The position numbers were made by a program, and so were the translations under genes. The notes beneath the pieces are model-generated. The model saw only the letters and a program-made list of their open reading frames with translations, searched no databases and was not told where the DNA came from. Below are positions 52,039-61,802 of a stretch of 64,000 nt of DNA, one piece after another (the first letter of the stretch is position 1; each line of letters opens with the position of its first letter). Origin of the DNA: a virus (taxonomy: Duplodnaviria; Caudoviricetes); the IMG/VR virus record IMGVR_UViG_3300008448_012183, positions 115 to 64,114 of that record, one strand, 5' to 3'.

Positions 52039-52326
52039 ATGGCATCAGATAAAGTAGTTTTAGATCCAAAATCAGCAACTAGTATTTTGGATAGCTTGAA
52101 AAAAGAAGTAGAAGAAGAATTTGAAAAAGCAGAAAAGGAGGGCGTTGGCTTAGTTGACGTTCTTTCAGAAAAGATCTTATCAAGAAAGTTGCTTGTATGG
52201 ATCGTTGCAACAGTATTTTTAGGATTTGGCAAAATAACTCCTGATGAGTGGATGAGTATTTCATTAGGATATATTGGTATTCAAGGTGTAGCTGACATGG
52301 CTGCAAAATGGAAGGCGGGTAAATAA
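52039..52326 (+). CDS. Holin-like small membrane protein
   Basis: ATG at 52039 with AAGGAG RBS; SRKLLVWIVATVFL..KI..DEW..ISLGYIGIQG..D two-TM pattern; basic C-terminus. Confidence 0.55.
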   Translation: MASDKVVLDPKSATSILDSLKKEVEEEFEKAEKEGVGLVDVLSEKILSRKLLVWIVATVFLGFGKITPDEWMSISLGYIGIQGVADMAAKWKAGK

Positions 52327-52327
52327 A

Positions 52328-52720
52328 ATGGATATTAAAAAACTTGCAGGAGAATTGTGGATGAAAATCAAAGTATTAGTTGGTTTGATCGTAGCTGGAT
52401 TAGTTGTTGGCGCTATTGCTTGGAGAAACCATGTTCAAGATGGTCTATCGACCGTTGATCAAAAAGCAAAAGAGGAACAAGCAAAAGCAGATGCAGAAAA
52501 AAAATTAGCTGAAGAAACTGCAAAGCTTGAGGCTGAAGCGATAGCCAAAAAAGCTGCTCTTGAAGCTGAAGAAGCTGCTAAAAAAGCTCAACTAGAAGCT
52601 TCTGTTAAGGAAAAGCAAGAGAAACTAAAGAAAGCTGATGTTAAAGAAGTTAAGAAAGAGGTAGAAAACGTTCTTGGTTTAAAAGAAAAGAAAAAAGGTA
52701 GACCAAAGAAAAATGAATAA
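52328..52720 (+). CDS. Membrane-anchored coiled-coil protein (i-spanin-like)
   Basis: One N-terminal TM segment followed by an Ala/Glu/Lys coiled coil. Confidence 0.5.
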   Translation: MDIKKLAGELWMKIKVLVGLIVAGLVVGAIAWRNHVQDGLSTVDQKAKEEQAKADAEKKLAEETAKLEAEAIAKKAALEAEEAAKKAQLEASVKEKQEKLKKADVKEVKKEVENVLGLKEKKKGRPKKNE

Positions 52721-53192
52721 ATATAAAAAACTTATATCTTGGATTGTGCTGTCAACTTTCTTGACGGCACTACCAACCTTTGCAGCGGCAGAAGAAATTG
52801 ATGTGGATGACGATGGTGAAGGTGATTATATTGAATTAAAAAAAGAAGAAACTGCTCCATTTGATGGCTTTCTTTTGCATAAAGATGCCATGATTAAGCT
52901 TGTATCTGACCGTGAAGCTGAATTAGGCAGATTACATCTTTCTTTTGAGACTAAAGAAAAAAAGTTTCAACTAGATCTTGAAACACTAACAAAGAAAAAA
53001 GAACTAGAATTAACAATTAATAAAGAAATGTATGAAAGTATTTTAAAAATAAAACAAGATAGAATAGAACAACTATCTTCAGAACAAAAATGGTCTGATG
53101 TAAAATTAATTGGTGGTTTAGTTCTTGGGTTGGCTATTGGGTTTGCAGTTACGGTTGGAATAGTAGAGGCAACAACGGTTATACTTAAATAA
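52713..53192 (+). CDS. Exported coiled-coil protein with C-terminal TM segment (spanin-like?)
   Basis: Signal peptide ending TFAAA/EE, APFDGFL, coiled coil, C-terminal hydrophobic Gly-rich helix; overlaps the previous gene. Confidence 0.5.
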   Translation: MNKYKKLISWIVLSTFLTALPTFAAAEEIDVDDDGEGDYIELKKEETAPFDGFLLHKDAMIKLVSDREAELGRLHLSFETKEKKFQLDLETLTKKKELELTINKEMYESILKIKQDRIEQLSSEQKWSDVKLIGGLVLGLAIGFAVTVGIVEATTVILK

Positions 53193-53216
53193 TAGCAGCT
53201 ATTCTGTTTTTAAAAT

Positions 53217-53230
53217 ACTATTTATAAATA
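53217..53230 (+). promoter_or_regulatory. Candidate late promoter ACTATTTATAAATA
   Basis: Contains both the window-wide ACTATTTAT motif and the canonical T4 late -10 TATAAATA (53223-53230); GGAG RBS downstream. Confidence 0.6.
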
Positions 53231-53246
53231 TTAACTGGAGAGAGTT

Positions 53247-54062
53247 ATGCGAGTTATTATAAACAATAAAAATATATTAAACGAGACACTGGATGCGGCT
53301 AAAGCAGCAGAACGCGCTAAAAGTATGGGCACTCCAAGTAAAATTGGGGCACCACAAGCTGGCGGCACATCCTCTAAGAAGGATGATGGCATTTGGGGTT
53401 CTATTAAGCAAGGAGCAGAAAGTATTAAACAAACAATTGCCGAAACATATGCTGAAATCTCTTTTTATAGTAAAGTTGGTTTTTGGATTGTAGTCGTTGC
53501 AATTACCCTCTCAGGTGCTGGTTTTGTTTTGCATAAGTTTATTCAAGCTCGCGGCGAAAAAGTAAGAACAGGCTTACTTATTGTAGAAAGTAATTTAAAA
53601 ATTTTAAAAGAAAAAGGTCAGCTTCCGGTTGATTTATATAAACAATTTCTTGATGCAACAACAAAACTGCGTACCGCTTTTGATAATTTTTCTAATTTAT
53701 CAAAAGACCCAAACGTTGATTTAACCGCAGAACTTGTAAAAATACAACAGCAAATTAACGATGTACAAAATGCGCTTGCCGATATTAATCTTGGGGAAGG
53801 ATTAGAAAAAGATTTATTTAAAAAACAAGCTGAAAGCCGCTGGGCTTCCGAAAAGATAGCTTTGCAATCACAAGCACTTAATGCGATGGACGGTCAAAAG
53901 GCAAAAAATCTTTTAAATACATCCACAATATACATTGCCATTTTCGCAAGAGTTATGGATGTAACAGGCAGTAGAGATCCAGTATATTGTTCTGCTTTAA
54001 CTTATAGAATTATAGAAGCTCATTATACAAATCTATCAGCAACTATTAGACGCATCATATAA
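53247..54062 (+). CDS. Hypothetical protein with head-protein-like leader and one TM segment
   Basis: MRVIINNKNILNE leader, VGFWIVVVAITLSGAGFVL TM segment, helical C-terminal part. Confidence 0.65.
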   Translation: MRVIINNKNILNETLDAAKAAERAKSMGTPSKIGAPQAGGTSSKKDDGIWGSIKQGAESIKQTIAETYAEISFYSKVGFWIVVVAITLSGAGFVLHKFIQARGEKVRTGLLIVESNLKILKEKGQLPVDLYKQFLDATTKLRTAFDNFSNLSKDPNVDLTAELVKIQQQINDVQNALADINLGEGLEKDLFKKQAESRWASEKIALQSQALNAMDGQKAKNLLNTSTIYIAIFARVMDVTGSRDPVYCSALTYRIIEAHYTNLSATIRRII

Positions 54063-54073
54063 AGGACATAAAA

Positions 54074-54415
54074 ATGAAGATAAAATTTAAACAAAATATA
54101 GATGAAGCAATAGCAGGTAGAGAGGCTCGCTCCTACGCAGAACGCTGGGGTAGTGATCCACCAGAGGGTGAGAGATCAAAAGAGGAGAGATCAAAAGATA
54201 GTGAGAGATCAAAAGTGGCAGACCCACCAGAGAAAGGAACTACACTAGAACCAGAACCAACAACACCTAAAGGGCTTGTCCCACAAGAACTTAGTCCTCC
54301 AAAACTTAATAAAGATCAAATTGCTAAATTACAAAGAGACTCAAGAACTTTTAATAGCGATTTGATTAAATGTCAAGAAGACCCCAATATAATTAGTCTT
54401 TTAGGTATGTTATGA
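54074..54415 (+). CDS. Low-complexity hypothetical protein with head-protein-like leader
   Basis: MKIKFKQNIDE leader; ERSK repeats; AAGGA RBS. Confidence 0.55.
   Translation: MKIKFKQNIDEAIAGREARSYAERWGSDPPEGERSKEERSKDSERSKVADPPEKGTTLEPEPTTPKGLVPQELSPPKLNKDQIAKLQRDSRTFNSDLIKCQEDPNIISLLGML
54155..54232 (+). repeat. Purine-rich direct repeats
   Basis: GAGAGATCAAAAG at 54170, 54185 and 54203, bracketed by GAYCCACCAGAG at 54155 and 54221. Confidence 0.8.
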
Positions 54416-54795
54416 TTAATAAAGACTTAAATTATATAGTTAAACTTGAAAAAGCTATATCAGAAAAATATGGCGAACGTGCTACCTTAAACCCAAAAAC
54501 ATTTTGGGATCAACAAAAAGAAGAAAAATTTTTAAAAGACATAAAAGAAACATCAAAAAAAGAATTTATAAACGATAATACAAAAGAAAAAGTTGAAATA
54601 GAAGGTATCCTAATAAATAAAAAATTATTAACAAATAACTTTAATAAAACTTGTGATGTGTGTAAAACTTATTCGTTTGATAAAATTGATGATGTTTACC
54701 TGTTAAAATATAAAACATGTCAAAAATGTTATATACAATATATAGAGGATCGTGAAGATAGATGGCTTTCCGGTTGGAGGCCAACGGAGAATTAA
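54412..54795 (+). CDS. Hypothetical protein with CxxC...CxxC zinc finger
   Basis: CDVC...CQKC, C-terminal RWLSGWRP. Confidence 0.75.
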   Translation: MINKDLNYIVKLEKAISEKYGERATLNPKTFWDQQKEEKFLKDIKETSKKEFINDNTKEKVEIEGILINKKLLTNNFNKTCDVCKTYSFDKIDDVYLLKYKTCQKCYIQYIEDREDRWLSGWRPTEN

Positions 54796-54796
54796 A

Positions 54797-55267
54797 ATGG
54801 CAGAAATTTTAGAAATAGTTAATGGCATCTCGCAAGCTTTGAGCAACAAAACAAATTTTGAAGCACTAGAAAAAAATCAAAAAGGCTCAATGTACGAGCG
54901 CAGCAAAAATGATGGTTTCAATGTTAAGTTTACTGGCAACAAAATGACTTTAACATATGAAACTGAAATGCCATTGCAAGGGGTTCATGATAAAAATTTT
55001 GAAACAGATATTGAATCAAGAATTTCAAAATTAATCACTGAAATTGGTCAAAATTATAAAACAATTAAAAAGCAAAATCTTAAAACAAAACCAGTTGGTG
55101 ACTTAAACATAAGGGTAGAAACTCCAAATCGGATGAGAGCAAGAGTTTTTGCAGTACAAATGTATGAGATTGCAAAAGCTGATAGCCAAGATGCTATGCA
55201 AAAGAGCTTTGAAGATCGTCAAGACCGCTATTCAAAACACTGGCTAAGTATTATGAGAAACAAATAG
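54797..55267 (+). CDS. Hypothetical protein
   Basis: ATG at 54797 (MAEILEIVNG) follows a GGAGA RBS and the upstream stop; preferred over GTG 54752. Confidence 0.7.
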   Translation: MAEILEIVNGISQALSNKTNFEALEKNQKGSMYERSKNDGFNVKFTGNKMTLTYETEMPLQGVHDKNFETDIESRISKLITEIGQNYKTIKKQNLKTKPVGDLNIRVETPNRMRARVFAVQMYEIAKADSQDAMQKSFEDRQDRYSKHWLSIMRNK

Positions 55268-55276
55268 GTATGAAGT

Positions 55277-56842
55277 ATGAAACTTACAAAAGAGGAAATA
55301 AAAAGCGAGATTATTAAATGCGGAAAAGATCCGAATTATTTTCTTAATAATTATGCAAAAATTTCTCACCCAGATAAAGGGATCATACCATTCAAGACTT
55401 ACGATTTTCAAAAAGACTTATTAAACGATTTCCACGATCACAGATTTACGATAATTTTAAAAGCCCGACAGCTTGGTATTTCAACCATAGTGTCGGGCTA
55501 TATTGCTTGGATGCTGCTTTTCTATAAAGAAAAGAATGTCCTTGTTATGGCAACCAAGCTTAACACTTCTATTGAAATAGTTGAAAAAGTTAAAGATATT
55601 ATCCGTTCAGTCCCAGACTGGATGACGATTACAACTATTTCGGTTGATAACAAAACAAAATTAGAATTATCAAACGGCTCAAAGATTCAAGGCGTGCCAA
55701 CCAGCAAAGATGCTGGTCGTGGTCAGGCTCTTTCTTTATTGGTTATTGACGAGGCTGCACACGTTGAGGACATGGATGATCTCTGGACAGGTTTGTATCC
55801 TACTATTTCAACTGGTGGTCGCTGTATAGCTCTTTCAACGCCTAATGGCGTTGGTAATTGGTTTCATAAAACTTATGTTGAGAGTAGCGAAAACAAAAAT
55901 AATTTCCATAGCGTTTCATTGCCTTGGACTGTGCATCCAGAGCGCGGAGAAGAATGGTTCAAAAATGAAACAAAAAATTTGTCCAAACGACAGATTGCAC
56001 AGGAATATGAATGTAATTTCAATGCATCTGGTGAAACCGTAATCAACGGTGATGATATCCAAACATTAAAAAAACTTGTAAGCGAGCCAAAGTATAAAAC
56101 TTATATAGACAGAAACTATCATATCTGGAAAGAATTTAGTAGTGATGGTTCCTACCTTATATCGGCAGATGTTGCCCGTGGTGATGGTAAAGATTATTCA
56201 GTATTCCATGTTATAAACGTTAAAACTATGGAACAAGTCGCAGAGTATCAAGGTAAAATTGATCTTGATTCATTTGCCAAATTACTTACATCAACTGGTA
56301 GTGAATATGGAAATTGCATGATAGTCGTAGAAAATAACAACATTGGATATGCAATATTAACAAAGCTAATAGAAAGTGGCTATAGGAATATTTATTATTC
56401 AAGTAAAACTGGCGAAACAAATATGGCTTATGCTGCCTATAATTCAAATTCTGTTCCCGGTTTTTCAACAACAATGAAAACAAGACCATTGATTATTGCA
56501 AAACTTGAAGAGTTTATTAGAAATAAAGCAATAAAGATCAATTCTTCAAGACTAATTAATGAATTAGATACATTTGTTTGGATAAATGGAAGACCAGAAG
56601 CACAAAAAGGTTATAACGATGATTTAGTTATGTCTATGGGAATTGCTTGCTGGATAAGAGATACTGTTTTAATTAACAATCAAAGGGATTTAGAATATCA
56701 TAGAGCATTCTTGAGCGCAATAGGAAAATCAGCAAGCCAACTAGATACATCAGTTAGTGGAATGTCTCAATATGAAAAAAATCAAAGAATGGACGCTCAG
56801 AAAAAACAATATCTAGCAAATGTTTGGGTATTAAAAGGATAA
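55277..56842 (+). CDS. terL: Terminase large subunit (T4 gp17-like)
   Basis: YDFQ, Walker A KARQLGIST, Walker B LLVIDEAAH, coupling motif LSTPNG, QEYEC, nuclease ADVARG..DYS, NDDLVMS. Confidence 0.97.
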   Translation: MKLTKEEIKSEIIKCGKDPNYFLNNYAKISHPDKGIIPFKTYDFQKDLLNDFHDHRFTIILKARQLGISTIVSGYIAWMLLFYKEKNVLVMATKLNTSIEIVEKVKDIIRSVPDWMTITTISVDNKTKLELSNGSKIQGVPTSKDAGRGQALSLLVIDEAAHVEDMDDLWTGLYPTISTGGRCIALSTPNGVGNWFHKTYVESSENKNNFHSVSLPWTVHPERGEEWFKNETKNLSKRQIAQEYECNFNASGETVINGDDIQTLKKLVSEPKYKTYIDRNYHIWKEFSSDGSYLISADVARGDGKDYSVFHVINVKTMEQVAEYQGKIDLDSFAKLLTSTGSEYGNCMIVVENNNIGYAILTKLIESGYRNIYYSSKTGETNMAYAAYNSNSVPGFSTTMKTRPLIIAKLEEFIRNKAIKINSSRLINELDTFVWINGRPEAQKGYNDDLVMSMGIACWIRDTVLINNQRDLEYHRAFLSAIGKSASQLDTSVSGMSQYEKNQRMDAQKKQYLANVWVLKG

Positions 56843-56846
56843 ATAA

Positions 56847-58838
56847 ATGGCAGATAAGAAAAGAAATCCAAAACCAGAAGATTCGCCGCTTTTTAGAAGC
56901 TTAACACGGTTATTTTCTGGTCCTATAACAAGTTTTAGATCCCAAGCAGTTCAAAGATATCGCAGAAAAGATATTGATCATCTTAAATTTACATCTGCAA
57001 GCGGTCAAACATTTAAAAAGAAATCATATAACCCATTTGAGGCGATTCAATCTAATGTTATGATGAATCAAAGTCGCGCAGAGCGTTATAGCGATTTCGA
57101 TCAAATGGAATTCATGCCTGAAATTGCTTCTACGATGGATATTTATGCTGATGAAATGACAACAAGCAATCAATTTAGGAATTTATTGCACATTGAATCA
57201 TCAAATAATGAAATAAAAGAGATTTTACACGTTCTTTATTACGACGTTTTAAATATTGAACAAAATTTGTATGGTTGGTGCCGTACAATGTGCAAATTTG
57301 GTGATTTTTTCTTGTATCTAGACATAAAAGAAAATGAAGGAATCAGCAAGGTACTTGGGTTGCCCTCACCAGAAGTTGAAAGGTTAGAAGGTGAAGATGA
57401 AAGCAATCCAAGCTATGTTCAATTTCAGTGGAACAGCGGTGGTATCACATTTGAAAACTGGCAAATTGCACATTTCCGAGTATTAGGACAAGATAAATAC
57501 GCTCCATACGGCACCAGCATCTTAGAGCCAGCCAGACGTATTTGGCGTCAACTACAATTACTAGAAGATGCCATGATGGCGTACCGCATTGTTCGTGCCC
57601 CTGATCGTCGCATATTTTATATCGACATTGGTAATATTCCTCCAGAGGAAGTCGAACAATATATGCAAAAAGTTATAACACAAATGAAGCGTAACCAAAT
57701 CGTTGATCCGCTAACTGGTCGTGTCGATTTACGTTATAACCCAATGAGCATCGATGAAGATTACTTTATTCCAGTTAGGGCTGGTCAATCCTCTACAAAA
57801 ATCGATACATTGCAAGGTGGTACATTTGCTAGCGCGATTGATGACGTTAAATATTTGCGGGATAAGCTCTTTAGCGCTTTAAAAGTGCCTCAGTCTTATC
57901 TATCCCGTGGTGAAAATGCTACTGAAGATAAAAGTACCCTTGCACAAAAAGACATCCGTTTTGCAAGAACAATTCAAAGATTACAAAGAATTGTTATAGC
58001 CGAATTAGAAAAGATTGGAATGATTCATCTTTATACCCTTGGCTACAGAAACGATGATATTTTAAAATTTAGATTGATCCTAAACAATCCATCAAAGATC
58101 GCAGAATTGCAAGAGTTAGAACACATGAAGTCAAAAGTTGACTTAATGACAGCTGCTAAAGATACAGGATTATCAAGAAGATGGATGTTTAAAAATATCT
58201 TTGGCTTCTCAGATGAAGAGTTTATCAGGAATCAAAGAGATCTATTTTACGATAAATCAATTGCTCAACAATTAGAGGGACAACAACCAGAAGCTGGTGC
58301 TGGAGGTGGTGGAAGTCCCGGTCCTTTGGCCGGTGCAGGTGCAGGAACAGAAGCCGCTCCACCTCCTCCTATGGAAACACCTACTCCTGATACTACGGCG
58401 GCTCCACCCCCAGAAGCAGGATCAGAACCCGCTACAGGAGAAGAAAATATTCTATTAGCGAAACCAGAAGGCGGCGGTGAAGCACCACCACCAGCAAAAC
58501 GTGAAGATGACGGTACAGTAATTTATAAAAATGGTCAAAGATTCACGCCAAATTCTAATGGTAAATCATATAAACTAAAAAAAACAGACGATAGATACAA
58601 GGGAGCTAGACACAGAAGTATAATTTCAATGTCTGGTGATTCTTATGGCAAGAATACAAAAAGAAATGTATTTAAAGGTAAATCCGTTCTAGATACTTAT
58701 GCTGCTGGCATCATTGCGGAAAACCAAGAAGTTGATAATTACGAAAGAGATGAAAAATTATTATCAGAAATGCAAGATAAATTAAAATCCTTGTCTAAGG
58801 CTTTAAACATTAAAGAGGAAAAGGAAAATGGAAAGTAA
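56847..58838 (+). CDS. gp20: Portal vertex protein (T4 gp20-like)
   Basis: LEDAMMAYRIVRAPDRRIFYIDIGNIP, EDYFIP.R, IDTLQGG, DDVKYLRDKLFSALKVP; Pro/Gly/Glu-rich C-terminal extension. Confidence 0.95.
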   Translation: MADKKRNPKPEDSPLFRSLTRLFSGPITSFRSQAVQRYRRKDIDHLKFTSASGQTFKKKSYNPFEAIQSNVMMNQSRAERYSDFDQMEFMPEIASTMDIYADEMTTSNQFRNLLHIESSNNEIKEILHVLYYDVLNIEQNLYGWCRTMCKFGDFFLYLDIKENEGISKVLGLPSPEVERLEGEDESNPSYVQFQWNSGGITFENWQIAHFRVLGQDKYAPYGTSILEPARRIWRQLQLLEDAMMAYRIVRAPDRRIFYIDIGNIPPEEVEQYMQKVITQMKRNQIVDPLTGRVDLRYNPMSIDEDYFIPVRAGQSSTKIDTLQGGTFASAIDDVKYLRDKLFSALKVPQSYLSRGENATEDKSTLAQKDIRFARTIQRLQRIVIAELEKIGMIHLYTLGYRNDDILKFRLILNNPSKIAELQELEHMKSKVDLMTAAKDTGLSRRWMFKNIFGFSDEEFIRNQRDLFYDKSIAQQLEGQQPEAGAGGGGSPGPLAGAGAGTEAAPPPPMETPTPDTTAAPPPEAGSEPATGEENILLAKPEGGGEAPPPAKREDDGTVIYKNGQRFTPNSNGKSYKLKKTDDRYKGARHRSIISMSGDSYGKNTKRNVFKGKSVLDTYAAGIIAENQEVDNYERDEKLLSEMQDKLKSLSKALNIKEEKENGK

Positions 58839-59664
58839 ATTAAAACATAATAAGAAAAGAAATACAGCTTTTCTTTACGAAGTTCTCGTTAGAGAGCTTA
58901 CGAAATCAGTTTTATCAAAAGATAATGATCGTAGAAATCAAGTTTTACTTATTATTAAAGAATATTTCTCGCCAAACACTGCTCTGTCAGCCGAATTAAA
59001 ACTTTATAAGTCTTTTGAGGAAAATTCAGTTGACCAATCATTGGCAGATAAGTTCATTTTTGAAGCAAAATTTAAACATTCGCAAATCAATAAGATTGAT
59101 TTATTCAATGAGCAAACTTCCTTGATTAATACAATTAATAAAACAATTGGTTATCAAATTTATGAAACTTTTCTACCAAATTATAAAAATTTAGCAACAA
59201 TTTCACAAATTTTTAGCGAAAAAACATCAATAAAAGATAAATTGTTGTTAGAAGAAGGGTTAAAAACCTTTATCGTCAAAAAACAAGACGAAAAAACTAA
59301 AAATCTTTTAGATAATGTTGATTCTTTAGTTTATAAAACATTTGCTAAGAAGTTTAATGAAGAATATTCATCAAAATTATTAGGTGAACAAAAAGAATTA
59401 CTATTTAAATATGTTAATAGTTTTGCTGACAACGGTTTAGCATTAAAAGTTTATCTAAATGAAGAAATCGGTAGATTATCGACTGGCGTTAAGAAATCTT
59501 TAGTCTCTGAAGAGGTCGCACAAGATAAAAATATGGCTCAAAAAGTAAAACATTTACAAAAATTCTTAAATGAATTCAAAAATGCTGATCTTGATGATGC
59601 TTCATTGTCTACATTACTTAAAATACAACAATTTGTCCATGAGGTAAACAATAATGGCAATTAA
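58828..59664 (+). CDS. Hypothetical head-module protein (possible prohead core component)
   Basis: Overlaps the portal stop; all-helical; KHNKKRNTAFLYE start. Confidence 0.7.
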   Translation: MESKLKHNKKRNTAFLYEVLVRELTKSVLSKDNDRRNQVLLIIKEYFSPNTALSAELKLYKSFEENSVDQSLADKFIFEAKFKHSQINKIDLFNEQTSLINTINKTIGYQIYETFLPNYKNLATISQIFSEKTSIKDKLLLEEGLKTFIVKKQDEKTKNLLDNVDSLVYKTFAKKFNEEYSSKLLGEQKELLFKYVNSFADNGLALKVYLNEEIGRLSTGVKKSLVSEEVAQDKNMAQKVKHLQKFLNEFKNADLDDASLSTLLKIQQFVHEVNNNGN

Positions 59665-60184
59665 TGTAACAATAAATTCCAAAGAAGGCGGTGGAAAAAA
59701 GAAAAAATTAAAAATTCAAAGAAATATGAGCGGTCATTATGTCTTAACTGAACATCCAGAATTAGATATTGTTGTTATGCCACAGGCATCCAAGATTCTA
59801 ATGCTGACTAAAGCTGAAACAAGCGACTATTTATACCGCACACAGGATAAAATTTTTAAACATCTAGTTGATAGAGGCGTTGTGCAACCAGAAAGTATAA
59901 AAATTGGTAATGTTTTTGGGAGCATGGAAGGTGGTTTTCCACAAAAAACACACGATGGCAAAGATGGTATGCTTGTCGCAATATATGTTTTATCACAATT
60001 TTTAGAAGATGAAAGACCAGAATATATTGCAACAAAACAAATTCAAAAAGATCTTGAAAATAAATTGCTTAACCCGCCAATGGAAGATTCTACAGAGCTT
60101 GGAGAGATACCGCAAGAAACTTTCAAAGGCTCTATTCCAAAATATGGATTCCCCACCCGTGGTATTTATAGATACAATTACTAA
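59654..60184 (+). CDS. Hypothetical protein
   Basis: GAGG RBS; coupled to the upstream gene. Confidence 0.7.
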   Translation: MAINVTINSKEGGGKKKKLKIQRNMSGHYVLTEHPELDIVVMPQASKILMLTKAETSDYLYRTQDKIFKHLVDRGVVQPESIKIGNVFGSMEGGFPQKTHDGKDGMLVAIYVLSQFLEDERPEYIATKQIQKDLENKLLNPPMEDSTELGEIPQETFKGSIPKYGFPTRGIYRYNY

Positions 60185-60199
60185 TATTGGAGAAAATTT

Positions 60200-61408
60200 A
60201 TGAAATTTACACAAGATTATGTCAAGAGAATGATAAGAGAAGAAACAAAAAAATTATTAAAAGAAGATACCGCTTCTGATCTAGAAGCGCAAGCCGCAGC
60301 GACCGGCGCAGGCAAAAATCAACCAAAGCAAACAGGTTCTCAACATGCTAGAGATTTTCAAGCGGCTCAAGATCTTTTTAAAATTGTTCAAACCGGACAG
60401 TTGACTCGGGAACAAGCAAATGCGGTTGTAGAAGCATATAGGGCAATAAATGCTAAAAAACCTTTGCCTCAAAATGCCGTACGGACAATTAAAGAATTAG
60501 GAGGCTCTATACCATCTACAAATATTGCAAAACCGGTTGCTCCTACTGCTGCTCCTACTGCTGCTAAACCAGTAGCTGCGGTTGGGCCTTCTGTAAATTC
60601 TACGGTTGTTCACAGGGAAGCACCGGGACAAAAATTTACAGTTCTTGAAAAAAGAGGAAATTTTGTTCTTTTAAAAGATGTAAAAGGTGAAACTTTTCAA
60701 GCTGAGTTGTCCGACTTGACAGTTGTTCAAGAATCCCGCATTAGAAGAATTGTCAAAGAAGAAATTTTAAAAGAAATGAAAGTAAGAATTAACAGCTCAT
60801 TAGACGAAGAAACAATTACCTTAGATGATGACGAAGAACCAGTAACACCAAGAAGAAAATCATTTATACCAGAACCAAAGCCAACTAAAGTTGATCCTAC
60901 TGTATTTACCGGGACAAGCCCAACAGTTTTAAAAGGCGATGAAATTGGAGTTAAGGATATTGTTCCTAAAGGAAGTACTGTTAAAAACAGCCCAATTCCC
61001 GGTAAGCAATCTGGTGATCTTAATGTTTCTGGTAAATATTCTGGCATGACTGATCCTTTTAGAAGTAGAGGTGCTCAATTTCAAACGCGCACGCAGCCAA
61101 CAACACCAAAAAAGACTATTAAAATAACTCCAAAACCAGAACCTCAACCGATCATTGGAAAAATTAAAAATTACGATCCAATTGGAAATGAAACTGACGA
61201 CCAATATGCTCAAGTTCCTAGACCGTTTGAGGCGCAACCAGCACGCGATCCATTAGCCGATCCTTATGCTTCAGCAACATCGCCAACTACACCACGACCC
61301 CGTCCTCGTCCTCGTCCTAATACTGCATCCAAGAATGATCAATTTGATCCTGATGATTTGAATAATTTAGCAACGATGAGCAAAATAATTCAAAAAATTG
61401 AAAATTAA
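60200..61408 (+). CDS. Putative internal head protein (Pro-rich, small SH3/KOW-like domain)
   Basis: MKFT..YVKRMIREE..KLLKE leader; internal RIRRIVKEEILKE; beta-barrel-like VNSTVVH..FTVLEKRGNFVLLKD segment. Confidence 0.6.
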   Translation: MKFTQDYVKRMIREETKKLLKEDTASDLEAQAAATGAGKNQPKQTGSQHARDFQAAQDLFKIVQTGQLTREQANAVVEAYRAINAKKPLPQNAVRTIKELGGSIPSTNIAKPVAPTAAPTAAKPVAAVGPSVNSTVVHREAPGQKFTVLEKRGNFVLLKDVKGETFQAELSDLTVVQESRIRRIVKEEILKEMKVRINSSLDEETITLDDDEEPVTPRRKSFIPEPKPTKVDPTVFTGTSPTVLKGDEIGVKDIVPKGSTVKNSPIPGKQSGDLNVSGKYSGMTDPFRSRGAQFQTRTQPTTPKKTIKITPKPEPQPIIGKIKNYDPIGNETDDQYAQVPRPFEAQPARDPLADPYASATSPTTPRPRPRPRPNTASKNDQFDPDDLNNLATMSKIIQKIEN

Positions 61409-61410
61409 TA

Positions 61411-61704
61411 ATGCAACTTTTAACTTTTATATTAGCCTGTTATGGCATGACAATGATTCTTGTTTATAGCAAGATTTTTGAACAAACAAGAAATTATTTG
61501 AAATCATTTAACAGCGAAATGCTTTCATACATGATTAAATGTTGTATGTGCATGGGTTTTTGGGTTGGTGTGGTAAATGCAACTTGTTTTTTTGATTTAG
61601 AAACAAATTGTCTTATGGCTGGTTGTATTTCATCCGGTACAACATATTTTATCAGCAGATTAGTAGATGATGACGGAATTCTTATTAAAATGAAAAATGG
61701 GTAA
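61411..61704 (+). CDS. DUF1360-like small Cys-rich membrane protein
   Basis: YGMTMILVYSKIFE..R...MIKCCMCMGFWVG pattern (CxxC-GFW). Confidence 0.65.
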   Translation: MQLLTFILACYGMTMILVYSKIFEQTRNYLKSFNSEMLSYMIKCCMCMGFWVGVVNATCFFDLETNCLMAGCISSGTTYFISRLVDDDGILIKMKNG

Positions 61705-61712
61705 CTATTTAT
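61704..61712 (+). promoter_or_regulatory. Candidate late-promoter motif ACTATTTAT
   Basis: Intergenic; followed by GGAGGT (61719-61724) and ATG 61730. Confidence 0.55.
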
Positions 61713-61729
61713 AGAAATGGAGGTATGCT

Positions 61730-61801
61730 ATGCGTACACAAGTAACTTATGTTCGTAGATATATGCTACAACCTGTTCGCCGTTGCTGCAACGGTAGCTA
61801 A
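61730..61801 (+). CDS. 23-aa micropeptide MRTQVTYVRRYMLQPVRRCCNGS (not in ORF track)
   Basis: Perfect GGAGGT SD 5 nt upstream of the ATG, promoter-like motif upstream; fills an otherwise empty gap. Confidence 0.6.
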   Translation: MRTQVTYVRRYMLQPVRRCCNGS

Positions 61802-61802
61802 A

